Shown here in pieces: positions 23,281 to 35,160 of a DNA stretch of 64,000 nt. The DNA is from an uncultured Phycisphaerales bacterium (GTDB taxonomy: Bacteria; Planctomycetota; Phycisphaerae; Tepidisphaerales; Tepidisphaeraceae). The DNA lies in NCBI GenBank assembly GCA_963844715.1, contig CAWJPJ010000006.1, forward strand, positions 1,184,001 to 1,248,000, in the 5' to 3' direction. Numbering within the stretch: position 1 is the stretch's first letter; every line of letters starts with the position of its first letter. Below the pieces are notes generated by a model, which worked only from the letters and a program-made list of their open reading frames with translations, was not told the origin of the DNA and ran no database searches. The translations under genes were made by a program, and so were the position numbers.

Positions 23281-24410
23281 TTAACTAATGGTCCCGCCCC
23301 CCGTCGTCCCGCTCTCCTGCGGCTCCGGCGTCGGTTCCGGCTCCATAGCTTCGGGCTCCGCAGCCCCAAGGTCCGTAGCCGCCGCCAATCCCGCCGCCGC
23401 GCCGGCCGCGGCATCCAGATCCATCCCAAGGCTCAAGCCCAGATCGGCCAGCTTGCGCTTCACTTCGCGCAGGCTCGTCTTTCCAAAGCTTCGAACCTTC
23501 AGCAGATCGGAGTCGGTCTTCTTGACCAGTTCGCGAACGGTGCCGATTTTCGCCGATTCCAGGCAGTTGTTGGCCCGAACCGACAGATCCAGCTCCTGGA
23601 TCGTCATGTTCAATTTCTGCTGTAAATCCGGGTCGATCATCGCCTTGGAAGCGTCGCGCAGGGCCGCGATGGCATCGTCGTTGGCCGTTTCGCTGCCCAG
23701 CTCGAAATATTGCACGAACGGATTGAGGTGCTTGCGCAGAATCTTGCTGGCTTCGACCAGCGCCATCTCCGGCGAAAGCGTCCCGTTCGTCCAGATTTCC
23801 AGGATCAGCCGGTCGTAGTCCGTCTTTTGGCCCACGCGCGCGTCTTCGGTGCTGTACCGCACGCGCGTCACCGGCGAATAAATGCTATCCACCGCGATCA
23901 GCCCGATCTCCTGCTCCTCGGTGTCTTCAATATTGTCCGCCGCCGTCACATATCCGCGGCCTTTGGACACCGTCAGAGTCATGTCGAACTCGAGGTTCTC
24001 GGTCAGCGTCGCGATCACCAGGTCCTTGTTCACGATCGTGATCGACGGATCCGCCTGGATCATGCCCGCCGTGATCGGCCCCGCCTTGTTCGCCGTCAGC
24101 TTCATCTCTTTGTTGTCGTCGCTGTCCAGCTTCACGATCAGGCTCTTGACGTTCAGGATGATGTCCGTGACATCCTCCATCACGCCCGGCAGGCTCGAGA
24201 ATTCGTGCTCCGCCCCTTTGAGGCGAATGTGCGTCACCGCCGCCCCTTCGAGCGACGAGAGCAAAATACGCCGCAGCGAGTTCCCCACGGTGGTTCCGAA
24301 CCCGCGTTCAAACGGCTCGGCGATAAACCGCGCATAAGTCTCTGTCGAAACCTGTTCATCGCGCACGCCACGCGCGACGGCAATTCCAATCCACGCCATC
24401 GAATTCTCAT
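23281..24410 (-). CDS. rpoA: RNA polymerase alpha subunit (indel near 24362)
   Basis: True start MRIRWRGLELP at 24410; EPFERGFGTTVGNSLRR, LSVRANNCL. Confidence 0.97.
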
Positions 24411-24523
24411 AACATTCTCCGATCAAAGGTCTCGTCCGGATCGCGAAAGTTTGCCGCCCCAACCATTAGGGGCCATCTATCTCCCGCCTCGCCGAAACGA
24501 GCCACTGGTTTAAATTCATTTGC

Positions 24524-24624
24524 AACCGCCAAGACGCCAAAACGCCAAGAAATACAAAAACCAATTATCTTTTATCCCTTTATTCCGACTCTTCTTATCT
24601 TGGCGTCTTGGCGTCTTGGCGGTT
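24524..24624. repeat. Inverted repeat of cgccaaga 9-mers between rpsK and rpoA
   Basis: aaccgccaagacgccaaaacgccaaga ... tcttggcgtcttggcgtcttggcggtt. Confidence 0.92.
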
Positions 24625-24635
24625 TAAATTTCTTA

Positions 24636-25061
24636 TTACACGCGCCGCTTCTTCGGCGGCCGACATCCGTTATGCGGCAGCGGCGTCACATCCTCGATCC
24701 CCGTCACGCGCAAGCCCGCGTTCTGAAGATTCAAGATCGCCTGCTCCCGTCCCGCTCCCGGCCCTTTCACCTTGACTTCAATTTCAATCATCCCGGCCTT
24801 GCGCGCCTGCTGCGCCGCGGCTTCCGCCGCGCGACCCGCCGCGAAAGGCGTGCTCTTCCTGGCCCCCTTGAATCCGGCAGTCCCTGCCGACGCCCAGGCG
24901 ATCGTCTCCCCCGCCGGATCGGTGATCGTCACCATCGTGTTATTGAAGGTCGCCTGAATATGCGCCACCCCGCGCGTAACGCCCTTGCGAATCTTCTTCT
25001 TCGCCGCCGGTTTCCCAGCCGGTGCCGCCCCACTCGCCGTCTTACCTGTTTGTTCCGCCAT
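24636..25061 (-). CDS. rpsK: 30S ribosomal protein S11
   Basis: [31 protein letters not shown]. Confidence 0.99.
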   Translation of the reverse strand: MAEQTGKTASGAAPAGKPAAKKKIRKGVTRGVAHIQATFNNTMVTITDPAGETIAWASAGTAGFKGARKSTPFAAGRAAEAAAQQARKAGMIEIEVKVKGPGAGREQAILNLQNAGLRVTGIEDVTPLPHNGCRPPKKRRV

Positions 25062-25116
25062 CGAAAAACTCCTTCAAACGTTCGATGAACTCACTTCATC
25101 GTTCATCATTCATCGT

Positions 25117-25503
25117 TTACTTACTCAGTTCCTTCACGCCCTTCTTACCGGCTACCGTCTTCCTCGGCCCTTTGCGAGTCCGGGCGTTCGACCTTGTCCT
25201 TTGTCCGCGCACAGGCAAAGACCTTCGATGCCGATTCCCGCGATAAGACCCGATATCGCGCAGCCGCGCCACGTTCTGCGTAACGGCGCGCCGCAGCGCC
25301 CCTTCCACAAGAAAATCCCGATCGATGATGGCGATGATCTTCGCCAATTCCTCTTCGCTCAGTTCCTTCGTGCGCCGCTGCGGATCGATCCCGACCTCTT
25401 TCAAAATCGCGCGGCTGTTGGTCCGCCCGATTCCATATAAATAGGTCAGGCTGATCCAGATCACTTTGTCCGGCGGAATGTCAACGCCCGATATACGCGG
25501 CAT
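25117..25503 (-). CDS. rpsM: 30S ribosomal protein S13
   Basis: [27 protein letters not shown]. Confidence 0.99.
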   Translation of the reverse strand: MPRISGVDIPPDKVIWISLTYLYGIGRTNSRAILKEVGIDPQRRTKELSEEELAKIIAIIDRDFLVEGALRRAVTQNVARLRDIGSYRGNRHRRSLPVRGQRTRSNARTRKGPRKTVAGKKGVKELSK

Positions 25504-25558
25504 GTGGCTCCTCTAAAACTTTGCTATAGCTTGGGGCTGGAACAAACAGTTACAACGC

Positions 25559-25672
25559 TCAGCCTTGCTTCTGTTTGTGTTTTGTATTCGTGCAAATCAC
25601 CCGGACGACGCCTTTGCGACGCACAATCTTGCAGTTCTCACAAATCCGACGAACGCTGGCGCGAACTTTCAT
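25559..25672 (-). CDS. rpmJ: 50S ribosomal protein L36 (Zn-binding form)
   Basis: Manual translation: [37 protein letters not shown]. Confidence 0.97.
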   Translation of the reverse strand: MKVRASVRRICENCKIVRRKGVVRVICTNTKHKQKQG

Positions 25673-25787
25673 AGCCGTATCACCTTCCACAATCCGGGTT
25701 TACAAACCGAAGAATCCAGAATAATAGCATATCCAAGCGCGAGACTCAAGTTTGACCAGACTTATTTTGGTGGCTATCTTATTCTAG

Positions 25788-26054
25788 GTGCGCTATCGAT
25801 GGAACGATTGGAACAAAGAGCACATCGCCGAACACGGAATGACGGCACCCGATGCGGAATATGTTGTTGATCACGCACGCGCCCCTTATCCCAAAACCAT
25901 TGGCGATGGCAAGCGGTTGGTCATCGGACAGACCTCCAATGGGCGATACGCCCAAGTCATTTACGTATTCGATGATGATGGCACCGCATTCGTTATCCAT
26001 TGCCGCCCTCTAACCGACGTGGAGAAGCGACGTTACCGTCGCAAACGCAAATGA
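25788..26054 (+). CDS. BrnT-like toxin
   Basis: WNDWNKEHIAEHG...RLVIGQTSNGRYAQVIY...VIHCRPLTDVEKRRYR. Confidence 0.75.
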   Translation: MRYRWNDWNKEHIAEHGMTAPDAEYVVDHARAPYPKTIGDGKRLVIGQTSNGRYAQVIYVFDDDGTAFVIHCRPLTDVEKRRYRRKRK

Positions 26055-26349
26055 GTCGCCATAAGAAATATTGGGAAATGACCAAAGCCGAACTCGCCGA
26101 ATCCACCAAGGAATTCGACCAGGAATTCGTCGCCGACAAAGCCCGCCCAATGACTGCCGCCGAGGCGCCGAAGAAAAGCGGGCTCGCCGGGGCCGGCCAA
26201 AAATCGGCAAAGGCTCGCGAAAGATTCATATCACCCTCGAGCGAGGCCTCCTCGCCGAGGCCGACAAATTCGCCCGTCAACAAGGCTTAGCTCGATCCGA
26301 ACTGATCGCTCAAGCCCTGGCAAGCATCGTCGCGAGAAAAGCCGGATAG
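26051..26349 (+). CDS. Cognate antitoxin with an RHH-like C-terminus (frameshift near 26165)
   Basis: ATGA overlap; MTKAELAESTKEFD ... RRGRPKIGKGSRKIHITLERGLLAEADKFARQQGLARSELIA. Confidence 0.72.
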
Positions 26350-26366
26350 GCGCGCCGCGCCCCAAA

Positions 26367-27153
26367 TCACCCCAGCAAATCCCCCATCGAATACCTCCCC
26401 GCCTTCTGCTTCACCAGCCATTTCGCGGCCCTCAGCGCCCCCAGCGCAAAGGTATCCCGCGTGGTCGCCACGTGCCCGATCTCCACTCTTTCCCCCAGGG
26501 CCGCGAAGTAAACCGTGTGTCTCCCCACTTCATCCCCCAGCCGCAGGGAGTGCATTCCGATCTGCCCGCGCTGGCGAGTCTCTTCCGCTCCATGCCTGCC
26601 ATACACCAGGGCCTTGCGCGATTTTCCGGTTGCCTTCAAAATCGCATCAGCGATCGCCGCCGCCGTCCCGCTCGGCGCATCTTTCTTGAATCGGTGGTGC
26701 CCCTCGACGATTTCCACGTCGTAATCGTCCCCCAATCGTTCCGCCACTTCCGCCGCGACTTTCAGCAGTACATTCACCCCCAGGCTCGTATTCGGCGCCT
26801 GCAAAACCGGAATTTTCGCCGACGCCACATCGATCGCCGCATGATCCTTCTCCTTCAATCCCGTCGTCCCGATGACCATGGGAATTCCCCGATCCCGGCA
26901 AGTCTTCAGCCAATGCCGGGTCGACGCCGGGAGTCGAAAAATCGATCAGCACATCCGGCCGCGGCCGCAAATCAAACGTGATCGGCAGCCCTATATTTCC
27001 AATCCCCGCCATCTCCCCCGCATCATGCGAAAGATGCGGCGTCTCCGGCTTATCGATCGCCGCCACCAACTTGAAATCCGCATCCGCCTTGGCCAGCGCA
27101 ATCAATCTCATCCCCATGCGCCCGCACGCCCCGGTGATCGCCAGTTTGATCAT
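26367..27153 (-). CDS. dapB: 4-hydroxy-tetrahydrodipicolinate reductase (frameshift near 26925)
   Basis: GACGRMG, IDFS, VIGTTG, EGHHRFKKDAPSGTA. Confidence 0.95.
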
Positions 27154-28592
27154 TTCAGCACCCCGCGGTTTTTCAATTTCGAAGGATCTTCTCCCATCGC
27201 CCGCAAAATCGCGCCCAGATCATCCTCCACCGGCACCGGCCGATTCGACAACTTCCCCGTCGGCTCCGACCGCGGCGCCAAATCCTGCACCGCCTTCATG
27301 TCCACACCCGTGTGATATTTCACCGTCACGTTGGGATCTTTCAGTTCATGCCCAGTGAGTATGCACACCGCCGTCTCATCCGCGCAAATCGTCTGGTTGT
27401 CCAGAAGCTGATGCAATCCCGCCACGCTCGCCGCGCTCGCCGGTTCGCAGCCGAATCCCCACCGCGCCACCATCGCCCGATGCTCCAGAATAATCTCATC
27501 GCTCACTTCCGCCGTCACCCCGTTCATCACCTCCAGCGCCCGCAGCGCCTTGGGCAAATTCACAGGCCGGCTGATCTCAATCGCGCTGGCAACCGTATGC
27601 GCATGATAATTCGCCTCATCCATCGCGGCATAAAGTTTTTGCACCGCCGTCGCGTCGTACTTCCCCCCATTCCACCTCACGCCGCGCCGGCCATATAACT
27701 CATGCAGCGTATTCGCCCCCGTCGCATTGATGATCGCCAATCGCGGAATCTTCTTGATCAGCCCAAGCTGCTTCAATTCCGCGAACGCCTTCCCAAACGC
27801 CGAGCAATTCCCCAAATTCCCACCCGGCACGATGATCCAATCCGGGCTCTGCCAATCCAAAGCCTCGAGCACCCGCAGCATGATGCTCTTCTGCCCCTCG
27901 AGCCGGAACGGATTCACGCTGTTCATCAGATAGATTCCCAGTTCCGGAATATCCATCGCGATCTGCCGAATCCGCCGCAGGCAATCGTCAAAATCCCCGT
28001 GGATTTGCAGCGTCATGGCCCCGTAATCCAAAGCCTGGCTCAGTTTCCCCAGCGCGATCTTCCCTGTCCCGATGAAAACGATCCCCTGCATTTGCGCCAG
28101 ACTCGCGAACATCGCCAATGACGCGCTGGTATTCCCCGTCGAAGCGCACGCCACTTTCCGCGCCCCCACCATCTTCGCGTGCGTGAACGCGGCAGTCATC
28201 CCGTTGTCTTTAAAACTTCCGCTGGGATTCAAACCTTCGTATTGCAGAAGGAGTTTCCCCTCTTTCATCCCCAGATGTTTCCCGAGCAAATCCGCCTGCT
28301 GGAGACACGTCCGACCCTCCCCGATCGTCACGATCTGATCTTCTTCCCGATAAAACGGCAGCAGCTCGCGGAACCGCCAAACCCCCGAAAAATCCAGCCT
28401 TCCCTCGACCCCGCTCCCCTTGGTGCTCCACCGATGCTCGAAAAACGACAGCCCCTTGATCTTCGGCAGCTTCTCCCAGTCATACTGCACATCCAGCAAG
28501 CTCCCACATTGCGGGCATGCAACCAGAACCTGCCCGACGTCAAACGTCGCCGCGCAAGCAGAATTGATGCACTGCTGAAATGCCGCACTCAT
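27150..28592 (-). CDS. thrC: Threonine synthase
   Basis: NPSGSFKDNG, CASTGNTSAS, PGGNLGN, EPASAA. Confidence 0.95.
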   Translation of the reverse strand: MSAAFQQCINSACAATFDVGQVLVACPQCGSLLDVQYDWEKLPKIKGLSFFEHRWSTKGSGVEGRLDFSGVWRFRELLPFYREEDQIVTIGEGRTCLQQADLLGKHLGMKEGKLLLQYEGLNPSGSFKDNGMTAAFTHAKMVGARKVACASTGNTSASLAMFASLAQMQGIVFIGTGKIALGKLSQALDYGAMTLQIHGDFDDCLRRIRQIAMDIPELGIYLMNSVNPFRLEGQKSIMLRVLEALDWQSPDWIIVPGGNLGNCSAFGKAFAELKQLGLIKKIPRLAIINATGANTLHELYGRRGVRWNGGKYDATAVQKLYAAMDEANYHAHTVASAIEISRPVNLPKALRALEVMNGVTAEVSDEIILEHRAMVARWGFGCEPASAASVAGLHQLLDNQTICADETAVCILTGHELKDPNVTVKYHTGVDMKAVQDLAPRSEPTGKLSNRPVPVEDDLGAILRAMGEDPSKLKNRGVLK

Positions 28593-28751
28593 GCAACAGA
28601 TTATTGCAGAAAAAGGGCCAGTTGCCAGCTAACCCCGCGCACCCCCGCGCCTCCCGCGAAGCCGGTAGTGCTTGCACTACCGGACCTTGCCTTGCGCCCG
28701 TGATTTATCCCCTAGCAACTCGCAACTTCTTCCCTACAATGCCCATCGCTT

Positions 28752-29767
28752 ATGCCCGATCCACGTCCCGCGCGTTCGCGCTCTCAGACGCCCCCCTCGG
28801 CCATGGACCAGGTCGCCCACTGTGTCGCCGCCGAGATGATGCAGGTCGAACTCCTCTTCGACGAGGAACTCGGCAGCCAACTCTCCTGCGTCAACCAGCT
28901 GGTCCGTCATGTCAGCCGCTTCCGCGGAAAAATGCTCCGCCCGCTGCTGCTTTTATTGACCGGCAAAGCCTGCGGCTCCCTCGAAGCGCGACCACGTCGT
29001 CCTCGCCACCGTCGTCGAAATGGTCCACATGGCGACTCTCGTCCACGACGATGTCCTCGACGAAGCCGAACTCCGCCGCCGCGGCGCGACGATCAATCAT
29101 CTCCGCGGAAACGAAGCCGCCGTCCTCCTCGGCGACTATCTCATCAGCCACTCTTTCCATCTCTGCTCCAGCCTCGACTCCCAATTCGCCTCCCGCATCA
29201 TCGGCAAAACCACCAACGAAGTCTGCGAAGGCGAACTCCTCCAAATTCACAACCGCAACAATCTCGATCTGGAAGAAGAAACCTACATCCAGATCGTCAC
29301 CCAAAAAACCGCCGCCCTGTGCGCCGCCTGCTGCCTCCTGGGCGCCTATTCCTCCGGCGCGGGAGAAAGCACCGTCGAATCGATGCGCCTCTACGGCCTC
29401 TCCCTGGGCACCGCCTTCCAAATCCAGGACGACATCCTCGACATCGTCGGCGACCAAACCACCGTAGGAAAAACCCTCGGCATCGACGTCCAAAAAGGCA
29501 AGCTCACGCTCCCCATGATTCATTTCATGAACACCGCTCCGCGCGAGCACCGCACGCTGTTGCGTTCCCTGCTCCTCAGTAGAGAAGCCGACAAGGTCGA
29601 GCGCATCCGCAACCTGATTCTCCCCAGCGATTCCGTCCAGTACGCCACCGCAAGAGCCCGCCGGCTAGTCGATCGCGCCGACCGCATGCCTAAAACCCCT
29701 CCCCGACTCCCGCGCCAAGGAATTCCTGGCCCAACTAGCCGAGTTCGTAATCAGCCGCCCGCTTTAG
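28752..29767 (+). CDS. Polyprenyl diphosphate synthase (frameshifts near 28990 and 29685)
   Basis: GKMLRP, LVHDDVLD, FQIQDDILD, GKTLGID..GKLTLP. Confidence 0.92.
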
Positions 29768-29879
29768 AGGTAAGCTTCGTCCTACCTTTTCCCACCCGCA
29801 TCCCCACCCGACGCGCCTCTTCCAACCATTCCACTTACTCCCCATAAAACAATTTCGCCAACGCCACAATTCCAAAATC

Positions 29880-29929
29880 AAAGGGGTCGGGAGTCGTTTA
29901 CAGAAAACGACTCCCGACCCCTTTTTTTT
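29880..29929. repeat. REP-like hairpin, probably also a terminator
   Basis: aaaggggtcgggagtcgttt-acaga-aaacgactcccgacccctttttttt. Confidence 0.8.
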
Positions 29930-29967
29930 CGCCCCTCGCGGCCGGGAACTGGGGCGCGGCTTGGCTA

Positions 29968-30171
29968 TCATTCCGACGACCCGCCTGCATCCCTCCGCGA
30001 GCTCGCTTCCCTCGATTTCTGAAGCTGCAGCACCAGCCAATGCGCCTCTTCCAGCCAGGCCAGCTTCTCCGCCAGCGGGAGCTTCGCCATCCGCTCCATT
30101 TGCTGCTGCCGATGGCCCTCCCATCCGACTTCCCAGACCTCTTCCGATTCGGGTTCGTTCGATGAATTCAT
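29968..30171 (-). CDS. Small hypothetical protein
   Basis: WEGHRQQQMERMAKLPLAEKLAWLEEAH. Confidence 0.55.
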   Translation of the reverse strand: MNSSNEPESEEVWEVGWEGHRQQQMERMAKLPLAEKLAWLEEAHWLVLQLQKSREASSRRDAGGSSE

Positions 30172-30256
30172 GGTGTGCCCCCCATTATACCCCACCCCTT
30201 GCGGCCCCCCACTGGACATCCGCTACAATATATATGGACGCAAACGAGGATCCTGA

Positions 30257-31526
30257 ATGAAAAAAGTTGCCAGTTGCCAGTTGCCAGTTGCCAGTACCAG
30301 CAGTAGTAACGGCAAAAGGCAAGCCCCTGTCTTTACTGGCAACTCGCAATTAACAACTGGCAACTATTCCCGCGGCTTCACCGTCCTCGAACTCCTCGTC
30401 GTCATCGGCATCATCCTCGTCCTCCTCGGCATCCTTCTCCCCGTCATCAGCAAGGTAAAAACCGCCAGCTACTCCGCCGACACCCAGCAGGAAGTCAGCC
30501 AGCTCTCCACCGCCATCAACGAGTATTACTCCATCTTCCACGCCTATCCCGGCCCCTTCACCAACGACCAGATCGAAGCCGAAACCAGCGGAGCCACCAG
30601 CGGCATTCCCCTCGGCATCGCAAATTTTGAGATTTACACCGACGGCGCAACCAACCCCTACGGCACTCCATCCACCACCCCCTGGACCGTCACAGGCACC
30701 GAAAACCTCGTCCTCGGACTCCTCGGCGGACTTCGCATCGATACCACCGGGTCGCCGCCAACCAACAACCCCGTCTTCGCTCCCAGTGAAGTCGGTCTAG
30801 GCCCCTTGAGCCTCAACCCCGCAAATCCACGCCGCTACAGTCCCTTCATCGACACAAAAAATATACTCTGGTGCAGCCTCAGCGGACCGACCACTGCCCC
30901 GCAAGTCAGTCAATCGAATCTCATGCCCACCAACCCCTCCAACTTTCACGATCTCGCCGGCGTCTCCGCCTACGATTCCGAAATCCCGGAATTCGTCGAT
31001 CGCTTCCCCGTGCCCTTGCCCATCCTTTATCTCAGGGCCCGCACCGGCGCCAAAAGGCATCATCAGTGACGGAACAACCGTCGGCATACCCCCCATCAGC
31101 CAAACGGTTCCGCCTCTTCGCGCCTACCAATACGACATCCGTGACATTTACGCGTACGTCACCAACACCACGAGGCTAGCCACCAGCTCCGAGAATGAGG
31201 GAATCGGCCTGCCCTTGGGCCGCTACCACAATCTCGGGCAACTCGCCCTCCCGAGCACCATCACATCCTGGCCCCCGGCGAACCCCGCAAAAGCGGGGCA
31301 ATACAGCACCGATACCATTTCGAACTATGATGCCTTCGCCTACTTCGCCAACTTCTCTTCGGTCCCCCCAAGCCTTAGCCAGACCGGCGACGTTCCCGCG
31401 AACGCCTGGGCCAATTACACCGGCCAGCCCCGCTCCGTCGATCAATTCATCCTCATCACCGCCGGCCCCGACAGAATTTACGGAACCACAGACGACATAA
31501 CGAGTTTCGGCGATGTCGCCCAGTAA
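30257..31526 (+). CDS. Prepilin/pseudopilin 1, GspG-like (frameshifted near 31055-31200)
   Basis: RG|FTVLELLVVIGII N-methylation motif; the shifted frame ends FILITAGPDRIYGTTDDI. Confidence 0.85.
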
Positions 31527-31568
31527 AATCATTCCCCCCAGCCATTGGACAAAGCGAATAATCAATTG

Positions 31569-32741
31569 ATGCGAGGCACGAAGGCACATAGGCACGAAGG
31601 CACGAAGGGAAATCCTTCCGAATTCACTCCGTGCCGAAGCGCGCTCGCCCCGGCGAGGGCCTCCGTGCCTCCGTGCCTCTCTTCCCCCCCCACTGGCAAC
31701 TCTCCCCCCATTCGTCCCGCCACGGCGGATGCTGGCGCACATTCGGATTTCGGATTTGGTTCGGATTTCGGGTTTCGGGCTTCGGGTTTCCGCGCCCGCC
31801 GCGGCTTCACCGTCATCGAACTCCTCGTCGTCATGGGCATCATCATCGTCCTGGCGACCTTCCTCTTCTACGCCTATCAGAAGGTCGTCCTCGACCGAAA
31901 AATCAGCGACACCAAAACCGCCCTGCAATCCGCCAAGGCGCTCCTCGCCAACTACGAGCAAGCCACTCACTACCGCCGTCCTCCGCCAACTCTCTTCTGC
32001 TCTCTGTGGGGCAACGCCCAATGGCCCCCGATGGGCACTTCCTTCAGTTCCAGTTTTTGGACCGCGGGCATCACCAGTATCGCCAACGCCCCAGGCGCCG
32101 GCGAACCCGCCGCCACCGCAATCAACCCCGATATCTTCAACAACACAAATGCGAGCTTCTGTCCCGTTCAGCTTGCCGACACCATCTGCGCCATGTACGC
32201 CATTCAATCCATCCCCGAAAACCAGGCCATCCTGAATAGTCTGCCGACGAATCTGAAAAAGACCGTCCAGGTCACACAATCTCAAGTAACGGGAAACAAC
32301 GCGCCGGTCGAGACCGTCACCCTCATCCTGGACGGCTGGGGAAACCCGCTCCTCTTCGCCCCCGCCGACGGCTTGTACGGAGTCGAAACTTCCGCCGACT
32401 CAACAACGACCCCTCCCGCCGGCACCTACCCGCAGGGTCAGCAACTCTTCTATCGCAAGCTCGGTTCAAACGAGCCCTTCATTTACACCGCCATCCTGCC
32501 AAACGGCGCGTCGGGAGCACCGCCCTATCCTCCGCCATCCTTCGTCATGTTCGTTGGAACAACAACCTCGTTTCCGCTGACTATCACGGCTCAGGGTTGG
32601 GGCGGCCTCTGCGATCCCACCGGCCTACGCCCCTATTGGGTCTCCGGCGGCCCCGACGGCGACGTCAGCAATACCCACTATCCCCAGTTCCCAGAGTTGA
32701 CCCGTCACGACGACGACAACATTTATTCGTTTAATAATTGA
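31569..32741 (+). CDS. Prepilin/pseudopilin 2, GspG-like
   Basis: RG|FTVIELLVVMGII, LDGWGNPL, SGGPDG...DDNIYSF. Confidence 0.88.
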   Translation: MRGTKAHRHEGTKGNPSEFTPCRSALAPARASVPPCLSSPPTGNSPPIRPATADAGAHSDFGFGSDFGFRASGFRARRGFTVIELLVVMGIIIVLATFLFYAYQKVVLDRKISDTKTALQSAKALLANYEQATHYRRPPPTLFCSLWGNAQWPPMGTSFSSSFWTAGITSIANAPGAGEPAATAINPDIFNNTNASFCPVQLADTICAMYAIQSIPENQAILNSLPTNLKKTVQVTQSQVTGNNAPVETVTLILDGWGNPLLFAPADGLYGVETSADSTTTPPAGTYPQGQQLFYRKLGSNEPFIYTAILPNGASGAPPYPPPSFVMFVGTTTSFPLTITAQGWGGLCDPTGLRPYWVSGGPDGDVSNTHYPQFPELTRHDDDNIYSFNN

Positions 32742-32743
32742 GC

Positions 32744-33863
32744 ATGAAAATGCCAGTTGCCAGTTGCCAGTTGCTAGTTGCCAGTAAATACGGGAGCCGC
32801 CGTCCCCCCGTCTTCACTGGCAACTGGCAACTGGCAACTCGCAACTATTCTTCCGGCTTTACTCTGGTCGAAATGCTCACCGTCCTGGCCATCATTGTTC
32901 TCGTCCTGGCCAGCGCCGTGCCCGTCTTCAATTCCCTGACCGGCAATCACAGTCTCGCCGCCGCTCAGAACCAGATTGCCTCCTTGCTCCAGACCGCCCG
33001 GCAGGACGCCATCTATAACCGCCAGACCATGGGCATCTTCTTTTATATCGATCCCGCCACCGACGCCGTCGCCATGGCAGAAGTCCAACTCGATCAGCAG
33101 CAAGGCGGTGGAACGACCTATTCCCCCTCCGAGATTTATGTCAGTCCCACCAATACACAATCAACCGCTCCCCCGCAGGGTCAAGTCAACGCCATCGAAA
33201 TGGCCAACTATTGGGACCCCTCATTGACCGCTCCCGGCCAGGTGGGTACCGGCGAATTCGTCTACTACCGCGACGTCGTCACACTCCCCGCGAATGTAGG
33301 CATCGCCCTTTACAACAACTCGGTGCCCTATCCGGCCAACGGCGACATACACGCCCCCCATCATCGACCGCTACGTCCGCACCGGCGCGATTTTCTTCGA
33401 TTCCACGGGGGCCCTGGCCTCCATCCCCTATGCCGTCCAGCAAACGCGAATTACGCCATACGGCACCTTTCAGAACCATCTCGGAATCCGGCTCGGCCTC
33501 CGCGGCGCCGGCGATCCCAGCGGCTTAAATGCAACGGGCGATCTCGCCAGCGACATCAATGATTATGCCGTCAGCGGAACCCCCGTCTATTATTTCCCCC
33601 TCATCTCCCAGGTCGGCCTCCTCTTCTACGACCGCAGCGCCTACTTTAACCAGCGAACCACCAACCCAGCCGACGTCAACGGCCCCCGCGCCTTCACCGA
33701 TCAGGACCTTCAATACACGCTTCCTCCACTGTCCAGTCCCCCCAATAACAGTCCGCTGGCCTATTTCCAGGCCGACAAATCCGATGAAGAAATCTGGCTC
33801 GACCAAAACGGCCAGGCCGTCATGGTCAACCCCTTCAACGGCGCCCTGATCTTCGCAAAATAA
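32744..33863 (+). CDS. Prepilin 3, GspH/FimT-like (frameshift near 33355)
   Basis: SG|FTLVEMLTVLAII, AAAQNQIASLLQTARQDAI; ends VMVNPFNGALIFAK*. Confidence 0.85.
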
Positions 33864-33865
33864 CC

Positions 33866-35159
33866 ATGCCCACGCGCCATTCCATCCCGACCGCCCCCTT
33901 AACCGCCAAGACGCGAAGAGCGCGGAGCCAAAACTGGCAACTGGCAACTGGCAACTGGCAACTATTGCGCCATCGCGGCTTCAACTTCATCGAAATCCTC
34001 TTCGCCGTCATCCTCCTGGGCCTGGGCTTTATCATGATCGCCGGCGTGTTCCCCGTCGCCCTGAAACAAACCACGCAAACCGCCACCGAAACCACCGCTG
34101 CCCTCGTCGTCCGAGACGCCCTGCGCGACATCCAAAACGCCGCCGACGTCGAAGGCGCGGGCACAACTTTCGCCCAAACGCCAAACGGCTTCACCCCAAT
34201 CCCAGCGTCAACTATTGCCGCCGTCGGCGGAAATCAGTTCTATGCCTCCGATCCCCGCTACGCTTGGGTCGCCTTCTATCGAAGAATCAACGCCACCGAC
34301 CCCTACGCCCAGGTCGTCGTCATCGTGCTCCAAAACCCCAACTTCGCCGATCCCACCTACCCCCTAAACCCCCTCCACGAACCCGGCAGCATCACCCCCT
34401 ACAACATCCCCGGCACTCCAACCCCCACATTCAATCCCCTCCCGCCACCCATCCCGTCCAATTATGCTGGCGGTGGCACCGCCACAATCAGCAACACCGC
34501 GCCTCAGCAAACCGTCCCTTCCGGCTTTTACGTGAATAACTCGGGCACTCCCCCATATCAAGTCGTCGAATCTGGTAACCCGCCAGGCCTCTCTCCCATC
34601 AACGCCAATCTCTTTTTCTCCCCCAGCACTGGAAACAGCTACATCTTCCTCAACAACGACCCCAACATCCGCAACGGCGCCGACCCCGTCCCCAACGCCG
34701 TCACCGGCGCATTCGTCTTAATCGCAAACGACACCGGAAACGCCGCGCCCAGCGCAGGCTATCTCGCCAGACCCGCCAATGAAATGACCGGTCGCGTTCT
34801 CCGCCTCGGCGCCTTCATCGGCTACAGCGACGACTCGACCCTCCGCCTCCCCGGCGACCTCAATCTTTTCCCCCCGGATTTTCCCAAGCCGCCCACGCTC
34901 CACTCGCAGATTTTCGCCCTCGCGCCCGGCTGGGACCTCACCCCCGGCGGAACCGCGGGAGGCACAACCCAATACGGCATGGAAAATACCGGCGCAGGCC
35001 TCAAATTCGGCCGACACCCCCGCGCCACTCCCCGTTTACATTATGGGCGCAGCCCCAGAATGGACCGGCTCCATAACCAACACCACAGGCCTCTACACAG
35101 GCCCCAACCAGGACGTCGCCGCCGTCTCCTCCTACATCCGAATCAATACGGCAAATTAA
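33866..35159 (+). CDS. Prepilin 4, GspI/PilV-like (frameshifts near the C-terminus)
   Basis: RG|FNFIEILFAVILLGLGFIMIAGVFPVA; the shifted frame ends VSSYIRINTAN*. Confidence 0.83.
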
Positions 35160-35160
35160 A

